Below are positions 24,297-32,000 of a DNA stretch of 32,000 nt, in pieces; position 1 is the stretch's first letter; each line of letters starts with the position of its first letter. The translations under genes and the position numbers were made by a program. The notes below the pieces were generated by a model that saw nothing but the letters and a program-made list of their open reading frames with translations, was not told where the DNA came from and made no database searches. Source of the stretch: Desulfotalea psychrophila LSv54 (GTDB lineage: Bacteria > Desulfobacterota > Desulfobulbia > Desulfobulbales > Desulfocapsaceae); assembly GCF_000025945.1 (NCBI RefSeq), contig NC_006139.1:60001-92000 (forward strand), in the 5' to 3' direction.

Positions 24297-25640
24297 TTAC
24301 TGCCTACAGCTCCTACCTCGGCCAATACCATAATAGGCAAGGCCAAGTTGCTCCACAGACTGAGGATCATACAAATTACGACCATCAAAAATGACCCGAT
24401 CGGCAAGAGAGCTCTGCAACAACTCAAAATCAGGTACTCGAAAATGCTTCCACTCAGTGACAATAAGAAGGGCATCCGCACCTTGCAGAACTGCTTCCTT
24501 AGTACCCATAAGAGTTAAATCAGATCGATAGCCATAGATCCTTTGAGCCTCTTCCATTGCCTCTGGATCATAGGCATGTACCTTTGCCCCAGCTTGCCAT
24601 AAGGCCTCAAGCAAAACTCGACTGGGGGCCTCGCGCATATCATCGGTATCTGGTTTAAAAGAAAGGCCCCAGAGAGCCAAAGTCTTTCCCCGTATATTTT
24701 CAACACCATAATGCTGCACAATATACTTAAAAATCTTCTCTTTCTGGCGAGCATTGGTCTCTTCAACCGCACTCAATATAGCTGCATTATAGCCATATTC
24801 ACCTGCAGAGCGAGCAAGCGCCTGCACATCTTTAGGAAAACAGGAGCCACCATAGCCACAACCAGGATAGATAAAGCTATAACCAATACGGGAATCGGAA
24901 CCTATTCCCCGACGAACCTGCTCAATATCAGCACTCATACATTCAGCAAGATTTGCCATCTCATTCATAAACGAGATTTTAGTCGCCAACATGCAGTTGG
25001 CCGCATATTTAGTAAACTCAGCACTGCGCTGGTCCATAACCAGCATCTTTTCACGGTTACGGCTAAAGGGAGCATATATCTCCCGCATAACCTCTTCGGC
25101 ATAGGGGCTATCTGTACCAATAATAATGCGCTCGGGACGAGCACAGTCAGCAAGGGCAGAACCCTCTTTTAAAAATTCAGGATTAGACACCACAGAAAAG
25201 GGTATATTTACCCCACGTTCTTGAAGAACACTCTCGACTCGGGCACGTACCTTGTCTCCCGTCCCCACAGGAACTGTAGACTTATTAACGATGATAGCCT
25301 CACCATCCATACCCTGGGCAATCGTCTCAGCTACAGAGAGCACATAGCGAAGATCAGCACTGCCGTCTTCATCCGGTGGAGTCCCTACAGCAATAAAATA
25401 GACTTGAGCATGGGCCACCCCCTCCTTGAGATCTGTGGTAAAATGAAGCCTGCTACTGGTAACCCCAGCCTCCACCAAAGACTCAAGACCTGACTCATAG
25501 ATGGGAATAGTGCCTACCTGCAAACCTTCGATTTTAACTGCATCAACATCTACACAGCACACATCATGGCCAACATCGGCAAAGACTGCCGCCTGAACAA
25601 GGCCAACATAGCCGACACCAAAAATCGTTATCTTCATCAC
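24297..25640 (-). CDS. ugd: UDP-glucose 6-dehydrogenase
   Basis: [39 protein letters not shown]..., [56 protein letters not shown]. Confidence 0.96.
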   Translation of the reverse strand: MMKITIFGVGYVGLVQAAVFADVGHDVCCVDVDAVKIEGLQVGTIPIYESGLESLVEAGVTSSRLHFTTDLKEGVAHAQVYFIAVGTPPDEDGSADLRYVLSVAETIAQGMDGEAIIVNKSTVPVGTGDKVRARVESVLQERGVNIPFSVVSNPEFLKEGSALADCARPERIIIGTDSPYAEEVMREIYAPFSRNREKMLVMDQRSAEFTKYAANCMLATKISFMNEMANLAECMSADIEQVRRGIGSDSRIGYSFIYPGCGYGGSCFPKDVQALARSAGEYGYNAAILSAVEETNARQKEKIFKYIVQHYGVENIRGKTLALWGLSFKPDTDDMREAPSRVLLEALWQAGAKVHAYDPEAMEEAQRIYGYRSDLTLMGTKEAVLQGADALLIVTEWKHFRVPDFELLQSSLADRVIFDGRNLYDPQSVEQLGLAYYGIGRGRSCRQ

Positions 25641-25828
25641 TCACCTTTACCTAAAAACAGACCAACATGAAAAGAAGTAAACTGTAACCGCGACAGTCGA
25701 AAATCAGATAGATTTGAAAAAATGCCAAAGCTTAGGGGAAAAACTCATAGATGAACCGTGAAGAGATGTTTTATAGCCACAGTCCAACCAAAATGGCGTA
25801 AATCATGTGGGGAAAAGGCATTCGGGGT

Positions 25829-26611
25829 GGCCCTGTTGGACAAATAGAAGTTGCTGGCCTTGACGTTCTAGGTGGACAAGAAAGCGATTGAAGGTGGCAC
25901 TATCGGGACAGTGTGGTCGTAGCCGCAAGTACACTGATGGACATCGACCTCCAGCCGCCAGATACACCTGTTAGCAGACGTGCCTAAACAGTTAAGGTGA
26001 ATTATAGGCAGCCAAGTCGTGGGCCGATTAAGCATATCGACTCGACTGGGTGTAGGCATGGAGAAGGAGAGTGGCGCGTCAGAAAACACGGGGCTTCCAA
26101 ACGTAGAACCTGGCGCAAACTTCACCTTGCAATCGATACCGAGACTGATCGCCTAAGTGGTGAAATCTCGCTAGAGCGCGTTCATGACGCCAAGGTGTTG
26201 AAACCTCTTCGTCGACGCATAGAGCAGATATCAGGCGATGGTGCCGGACCCGAAAGGGTACTATCAAATTATTGCAATCAAAGGTGTCTGCTCATCCACC
26301 ACGGAAAAATGCTCCTATGTGGGAGGATGGCCATCCAAGAAATGAAGCTGTAGGAGCATTGCAAAAAGATGAGCTGAAAGAGTGGAAAGCAAGCACAGGG
26401 TGTGTGCTCTTGCTGAAACAGCGATGTATCGCTACAAACAGTTGATCAGGGGCAAATTAAGCCTCCGCGAGGAGGCAAGCAGGTAGGGCTACAATCAAAG
26501 CTTTAAACAAGATTACCGCTTTAGGAATACCTGTTTGAGAGGTCGTTTGCTAAGATGGAATGGAGTAGAGGGAAGGTGGTTTTCTTCCCTCATGATTTGT
26601 GTAGCTAGGCC
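25829..26611 (+). mobile_element. IS5-family insertion sequence, degraded
   Basis: Left end GGCCCTGTTGGACAAATAG, right end ATTTGTGTAGCTAGGCC; transposase pieces IKHIDSTGCRHGEGEWRVRKHGASKRRTWRKLHLAIDTETDRLSGE and AMYRYKQLIRGKLSLR in different frames. Confidence 0.8.
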
Positions 26612-26656
26612 GCAGATACTCATTCCACGTAGTGCAAACTTTCAAGACTTCTTTAA

Positions 26657-27133
26657 TTAGTGGTTGTTCAGTTCACCCTTTATAAAGTTGATTAAACTAA
26701 TGCTAGCATAATCATCAATACTCTTTAAACATTTAAGATCAGCCAATTTTGAAAGTCTATCCACAAGGTCATTTTCATTAAATATTGGGTAAATATAGCC
26801 TCTTTCAGCTAATGACGCAGTAGTGTCTAACTGGTGATTGTTTCTGTGCTCTTGATATTCACCTAATCTGGGGAGAGTTAGAATAATTTTTTTTGACTTT
26901 AAACAAGATATAATAGTCCCCATACCCGCATGACTAATAATAATTTTGGCCTTGTCAAAACGTTCGTTAAATGAACGCTCATCTAGAAAGTTTGTAAAAG
27001 GTATATTTTGGGGTATATATTTAGAATTTGCTACTTGCGCAAAACACTCATATTGATTTATTTCTGGCCATTTATCAATCAATGCCACAAGCCTGTCAAA
27101 AGGAGCCTGCGTTCCCACAGTGATGAAAATCAT
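26657..27133 (-). CDS. Alg13/PssE/Cps14G-like glycosyltransferase subunit (GT28 C-terminal)
   Basis: MIFITVGTQAPFDRLVALIDKWPE..., AKIIISHAGMGTIISCLKSKKIILTLPRLGEYQEHRNNHQLDTT. Confidence 0.88.
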   Translation of the reverse strand: MIFITVGTQAPFDRLVALIDKWPEINQYECFAQVANSKYIPQNIPFTNFLDERSFNERFDKAKIIISHAGMGTIISCLKSKKIILTLPRLGEYQEHRNNHQLDTTASLAERGYIYPIFNENDLVDRLSKLADLKCLKSIDDYASISLINFIKGELNNH

Positions 27134-27609
27134 AGAACAGTTCCAATATATTTAGTTTTATCTCCAGCTAGATGTTCCCATTGAGTTAAGTGTACATCCA
27201 CAATTTTTCTAACTATTTTACCACTCATTGAAATTTCATTAGAATTGGCGATGCTATCTAACCAAATGGTTTTAGCACCAATAAACTTACCAACAATAAT
27301 AGCCCAAACCCCTATTGAAGCACCGGTGGAAAAAATAATATCTGGTTTATTCTTTAAAACAATTATAGCCACTTGCAAAAACTGCCTAATCAAGTTTATT
27401 TTAGCCCACCTTGAAGCATCACAAACAGAAAAATAAATTCCATTATCAACTTCTAAGTTCGGTTGATTCACGAAGGTAGAAACAAAAATAAGTTCCTTAT
27501 CAAAAAAAGCTGGAAGCAATCTCTTCAACTGAATCCAGTGCCCTCCCTGCGAAGAAACAAGCATAATTTTATCTTTTTTCAAACTATTCACCCCATACTC
27601 TTCTATCAA
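27130..27609 (-). CDS. Alg14/PssD/Cps14F-like glycosyltransferase-associated subunit
   Basis: IMLVSSQGGHWIQLKRLLPAF..., KPDIIFSTGASIGVWAIIVGKFIGAKTIWLDSIANSNEISMSGKIV; overlaps the PssE-like gene by 4 bp. Confidence 0.88.
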   Translation of the reverse strand: MIEEYGVNSLKKDKIMLVSSQGGHWIQLKRLLPAFFDKELIFVSTFVNQPNLEVDNGIYFSVCDASRWAKINLIRQFLQVAIIVLKNKPDIIFSTGASIGVWAIIVGKFIGAKTIWLDSIANSNEISMSGKIVRKIVDVHLTQWEHLAGDKTKYIGTVL

Positions 27610-27624
27610 AGATGGATTATTAAC

Positions 27625-28054
27625 AATAATTCGGCAAAATATGGGACATACCGAGTCTTTGGAATTAATTCAAATTTTTGTTTTTGTGGTCTGCCAGATA
27701 AAACTAGTTTCACTCTGCGCCCTAATACTTGTGAGATTTTATTTTGCAAACGGTTATTTCCTAAGACAAAATTACCATTGGTAGCTTTGCGAATATTGTC
27801 AATTATCCCCGGGTTCAAGTGAAACGAAATAACTCACAATAAGCCGTATGCCTTTCATCTTCTGTTCTACCAAGATCCAAGTGTACGAGGTGCGGACTTA
27901 AAACGACAGTACTTTCACCTTGGGCATTGGTGCGATAACTTGCCCAACGGTATTCTCTAGAATGTTCAACCATTCCAACACGTACCGGATTTAGTTCAAT
28001 ATAGCGCTGCAATGGAAAATATAATGACTGGATTACTTCTGCAAATACATTCAC
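27625..28054 (-). pseudogene. REP-associated tyrosine transposase (RAYT/Y1_Tnp) C-terminal remnant, frameshifted
   Basis: LQRYIELNPVRVGMVEHSREYRWASYRTNAQGE...YCELFRFT* then in the +1-shifted frame LNPGIIDNIRKATNGNFVLGNNRLQNKISQVLGRRVKLVLSGRPQK. Confidence 0.8.
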
Positions 28055-28109
28055 TCAATCCTCTGCCTGCCTTTTGGGAAAAGTTTAACTTGCTGTATTT
28101 CAGTAACAT

Positions 28110-29129
28110 TCATGACCAGTTGCAAATCTCAGTCAACAAACCCTGTAGCAAATTACGAGTGTTGGGTCCCCGACGATTGGTTGGTCGCTTCTTGAATAAA
28201 TTTGGTTTGAGTTGATGAAACTCTTTCAGCTTATCCATGGGCGTTAAATGCTTCAATGCTTTTTGCGGGATATGCTGGTTATAAACTAGCTCATATCGGT
28301 GCATTGTATCCTCAAGATCTTGTGCTGACTCGAATGTAGTTCTTTTCAGAATGGCAGCAATGCGCCCATTGAAACGTTCAACCATTCCGTTTGTTTGAGG
28401 ATGCATTGGCTTTATAAGTCTATGCTCAATATTGTGGACGGTGCAATTTTGGTCAAAAACATGTTTACCTGTAGGTTCTCTTTGCCCAGTAGCACAAAAA
28501 CGGTCAGTAAATTCTTTACCGTTATCAGTTAAAATAGTTTTCACTTTAAAGGGAGCTTTTTCCAAAAGATTTCTAAGAAAAAGAGATGCACTCGCCGCTG
28601 TTTTATCTGGCATAATCTGGAGATATACCCAGCGTGTCGCTCTGTCTATGCCAACAAAAATGTATCTTCGTTGATCTTCATCTGGCATCTGAGGAAGATA
28701 TTTCAGATCAACATGCACATAGCCAGGATCATACTCTTTAAACTGTTTTGGCGATGGTTTGGGAGCTGTCTCCGGGATTAAATCTTTAAGACGGCTTACT
28801 CCGTGCCTTCGCAAGCAACGATCAAGTCCTGATCGAGAAGCCTTGGCATTGATAAATTTTCGCACCACAACAAGCAGATCGTCGAGTGACAGTAAAAGCA
28901 TTTTACGAAGCTCTACAGCAAGCCATTCCTGATCTTTTGAAAGGGTCGTTTGGAGATTTTGAGCAGTATGGGACCTATCTTCAACGGAGTCTCGGTCACG
29001 CCATATTCGTATTGTGGTCTCGGCTACACCAAGCTCTCTTGCAAGTGTTCTTACAGGTTTATCTGATTCCTGTATGTACTTACGAATTCGGGGCGTTGTG
29101 GTTGCATTTGCATGTAGCTTAACTTGCAT
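28110..29129 (-). CDS. IS481-family transposase (DDE)
   Basis: TRWVYLQIMPDKTAASASLFLRNLLEKAPFKVKTILTDNGKEFTDRF...HRLIKPMHPQTNGMVERFNGRI...LEDTMHRYELVYNQHIPQKAL. Start at MQVKLHANATTTPRIRKYIQ (29129) preferred over 29198. Confidence 0.88.
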   Translation of the reverse strand: MQVKLHANATTTPRIRKYIQESDKPVRTLARELGVAETTIRIWRDRDSVEDRSHTAQNLQTTLSKDQEWLAVELRKMLLLSLDDLLVVVRKFINAKASRSGLDRCLRRHGVSRLKDLIPETAPKPSPKQFKEYDPGYVHVDLKYLPQMPDEDQRRYIFVGIDRATRWVYLQIMPDKTAASASLFLRNLLEKAPFKVKTILTDNGKEFTDRFCATGQREPTGKHVFDQNCTVHNIEHRLIKPMHPQTNGMVERFNGRIAAILKRTTFESAQDLEDTMHRYELVYNQHIPQKALKHLTPMDKLKEFHQLKPNLFKKRPTNRRGPNTRNLLQGLLTEICNWS

Positions 29130-29232
29130 AAGAATCACCTTTTGAAAGGAAGTTAATAAAATCCTGCATCCATGCATATGATTGTAACAACCTTTCACTA
29201 CGGATGTCTAGGAAATCATCAGGGACCCAACA
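28160..29232 (-). mobile_element. IS481-family insertion sequence with 19-bp imperfect terminal inverted repeats
   Basis: TGTTGGGTCCCCGACGATT (28160-28178) versus reverse complement of 29214-29232 TGTTGGGTCCCTGATGATT (17/19). Confidence 0.72.
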
Positions 29233-29523
29233 AATACACACTTTCAAACAATTGCCTATCTTTTGACAGGGACACTAGACTTCTCTAAAATAAACGCACT
29301 TACTTTACCCACTTGAATTTCAAAAGAGCCATAGTTTTCTTATTGTTAAAAACGTAGTCTGTTCCATATTACGTAGTAGTAGAGAATTGTAAAGTAGCAT
29401 CCCGACATGATCAGATGTCGCTTGTTGTAGAAGCGGGTAATTCCCTTTCTGATAGCCTTAAAATACGTCTGGAACACTAATTACTGAGGTGATTGATTAT
29501 TTATGGACTTTCCTTGCCGTGCG

Positions 29524-30513
29524 TCAATCATATTGGTCCATTACCTTTTTTATATTATTTAATTTTATGCTTTCTCCTAATATTAAGTCATATTTTTTCG
29601 GTGTAAAATAAGCCCTTCCACCAGAAGGAGTAAATGTTAATTCTCCAAAATATATTTGTTCACCTGTTGTGTATAAGTCAACGCGTACAAAAGGAAAACC
29701 TTTACTCAATAATTCAGCACATTTTATCATCTCTTTCAAGTTGTCAGGCTTTTCTGCTTTTCCATGATATATAGGTTTTTTTTCGTATGTAAATGGTAAT
29801 AAGTTAAAGTTAGTATCATAAAAATTTTTATGATGGTTTGAAAATCTTCCTATATCAACTTGGATATATTTTACCTTAGCGTCAAAACAAAAGAATTTAT
29901 AATCTTTTAGTTCATTTCCATTAAAAGGTTTTATGTATTTTTCCGCAATTATACGTGGTTTTATATCTTTATATATGTATTCTCTACTGTATTTGTAAAA
30001 ATTCCTATTTAAATATTTTTTAAGCTTTTTTTTCATAGAAAAAATATCAAGAGATGATTTATCCTCACAAATGATAACGCTACCACTATCATGTGTACAC
30101 TTTATCACAAATTGTTTTGGTAGCATATCAAAATCTATATCTTCAACATCATCCCAAACACCTATTGTAGGTATAATTTTATCCTTTCCTGTTTTTTCTG
30201 ATATTATTTTTTTTACATCATATTTATCTACATATTTTGATAGATCCTGATTTCTAATGTTTAATTTTAACCATTGAATTTTTTCATTAAAAGTTTTAGG
30301 CGCTTTTAAATTTATAACTCGGTTCATAGAACAAAAATAGTCTATAATAATAAAAGATTTGTCACTAATCCACGATACTGGAAGTTTTCTCATAATTGTT
30401 GGAATAACAACTAATGGCCTAAACCATAATCGTTTTAAAATAGATTTGAACTTTGAAATTAACATTGTTTTCATATATAATATATTTTTATTTATCTTCT
30501 TTAAGTAGATCAT
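29524..30513 (-). CDS. TupA-like ATP-grasp / polysaccharide biosynthesis glycosyltransferase
   Basis: APKTFNEKIQWLKLN...DKYDVKKIISEKTGKDKIIPTIGVWDDVEDIDFDMLPKQFVIKCTHDSGSVIICEDK...RIIAEKYI...YKFFCFDAKVKYIQVDIGR...VRVDLYTTGEQIYFGELTFTPSGG. Confidence 0.88.
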   Translation of the reverse strand: MIYLKKINKNILYMKTMLISKFKSILKRLWFRPLVVIPTIMRKLPVSWISDKSFIIIDYFCSMNRVINLKAPKTFNEKIQWLKLNIRNQDLSKYVDKYDVKKIISEKTGKDKIIPTIGVWDDVEDIDFDMLPKQFVIKCTHDSGSVIICEDKSSLDIFSMKKKLKKYLNRNFYKYSREYIYKDIKPRIIAEKYIKPFNGNELKDYKFFCFDAKVKYIQVDIGRFSNHHKNFYDTNFNLLPFTYEKKPIYHGKAEKPDNLKEMIKCAELLSKGFPFVRVDLYTTGEQIYFGELTFTPSGGRAYFTPKKYDLILGESIKLNNIKKVMDQYD

Positions 30514-31570
30514 AATAAATATTTTTCAATTTATTTATTACAATATCTGGATAATAATTTTTAATTATTTCTTTTGATGTTTGGCCATATTTATCTATAA
30601 GTTCTGGATTGTTAATGAAAAAATCGATTGCCATTTCTATTTTATTTTTGCTTTGAGGTGCAATTAAGAGGCCATTTTTATGTGGAATTACAATATCTGG
30701 TATTCCACCTACTTTTGTAGCTATTATACAACAATTATAGCTCATTGCTTCTAATATTGATATAGGCATAGCTTCCATATAAGATGGTAAAATAAAAATA
30801 TTACACCAATTTAGTAAATTTATTTTTTTAGTTCCAGTTACCCATCCTTTGTATTGAATAATATTTTGTATGTGGTTATTTTTTATTATATTGTTTAATT
30901 TGTATATTTCTTTATCACCACCAATTTTTAGTGATACGATATCTTTGTATTTAGATTTGTTTTCTATTATTGTTTGCACTAGATCAAAAATGCCTTTTTG
31001 TTTTATGATATTTCCGAGGAATAATAGTCTTATCTTAGGAGCGTATATATGAGTCTTATTGTCTAATACCGGATAGTTTATTATATTATTTAATACATAT
31101 ATTTTAGTTTCATCTATACCTAGAGAAACAAACCAGTTTTGCCAATTATTTGATAGTACTATAAGTCTATGGCAAGAATTTAAAGCTCTAAGAATATTGC
31201 ATTTATTTCTTGATGAATTGTAAAATTCTATAAATCCTCCTCCGTGAATGTGGATAATTATCTTTTTATTAAATAAATTCCCTAATTTTATTAATAAAGA
31301 AATTCTTTTGAAAGACGAATTAGACGCACTATGAAAATGTAAAATTTTAATTTTTTTTCTGAATACTAAAATGAAAAATAAACAAACATAAGCCTTGATA
31401 AAGATCAAAATTTTATATAGTAAGTTACTGTCTGCCCAAGTAGTAATATATTGCAAATGCTCAAAGATTTTATCATAATTTTGAATTACTGATGCCATAC
31501 CGCCTTTAGCATTTTTTTTATAATTTACGCCAATCATTAATACTTTATTTGATAATTTTTTATTAATCAT
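30488..31570 (-). CDS. GT4-family glycosyltransferase
   Basis: KGGMASVIQNY..., KIIIHIHGGGFIEFY..., RLLFLGNIIKQKGIFDLVQTI..., IFILPSYMEAMPISILEAMSYNCCIIATKVGGIPDIVIPHKNGLLI. Confidence 0.92.
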   Translation of the reverse strand: MINKKLSNKVLMIGVNYKKNAKGGMASVIQNYDKIFEHLQYITTWADSNLLYKILIFIKAYVCLFFILVFRKKIKILHFHSASNSSFKRISLLIKLGNLFNKKIIIHIHGGGFIEFYNSSRNKCNILRALNSCHRLIVLSNNWQNWFVSLGIDETKIYVLNNIINYPVLDNKTHIYAPKIRLLFLGNIIKQKGIFDLVQTIIENKSKYKDIVSLKIGGDKEIYKLNNIIKNNHIQNIIQYKGWVTGTKKINLLNWCNIFILPSYMEAMPISILEAMSYNCCIIATKVGGIPDIVIPHKNGLLIAPQSKNKIEMAIDFFINNPELIDKYGQTSKEIIKNYYPDIVINKLKNIYYDLLKEDK

Positions 31571-32000
31571 ATTTTTTTTATAAATTTCTTATCTCCTTAA
31601 TTTCTTGTACTGAAAAGTAAAGCACAAGAAACCTGTCCCTTACGTTGAAGGGAGCATCTGATCGTGCTGGGACGCCTCTTGACAGGCAACGATTTTGCGA
31701 TTTTTTGCTCCAGATCTGCCATCAAGGGCTTATCCACTCAAGATAGCGAAGAACCACATCATTTATGCCAAATACAAAACTCCCATAATATGGGTCGTGA
31801 TGTCAAAACGTTGAAGGTGTGGTAGATTGTGATTTTTTTTAAGGTTCTGATATGGCTACATGTCTTGCCGTTTTTGCAGTGGTACTGATGAGGTAGGTCG
31901 CCATGGGTAGTAATGGAAATCGAAGGTGACTCTGGTACGCATGGAACCACGCTGAGGATTATCAAACCTGCTTTTAGGATTGTTGACACCTTTCGGTATA

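Noticed and set aside
28886-29122. Plus-strand ORFs 28432..28674 and 28886..29122
   Set aside because: Antisense shadows of the IS481 transposase.

Overview
AT-rich to moderate-GC bacterial window with three parts. (1) 1-11997, minus strand: one uninterrupted, edge-truncated ORF for a giant filamentous-haemagglutinin/TPS-type exoprotein (at least 3999 aa). The supplied ORF track omits it and shows only antisense shadows. (2) ~12.7-18.9 kb: an apparently integrated mobilizable-plasmid-like element. It has a relaxase, a MobC/TraJ-like accessory protein, a candidate oriT, three 24-bp iteron-like repeats present in two near-identical 104-bp blocks, and an HTH replication-like protein. Between the iteron blocks lies a compact XRE regulator / RecF-OLD-like AAA ATPase / DUF4276 (Toprim-like) operon, a good candidate antiphage module. 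Upstream of the replication-like gene is a structured RNA with two antisense segments. Each has 7-nt complements both upstream and downstream, and one complement overlaps the Shine-Dalgarno. This is the architecture of the phage P1 c4 / P4 CI immunity RNAs. (3) ~19.2-31.6 kb: a polysaccharide locus (galE, galU, VanZ-like, ugd, PssE/PssD-like pair, TupA-like ATP-grasp, GT4) broken up by remnants of IS1595, IS66, IS3, IS5, RAYT and a fairly complete IS481 element. Family names come from recognising sequence motifs by eye; no database search was run.
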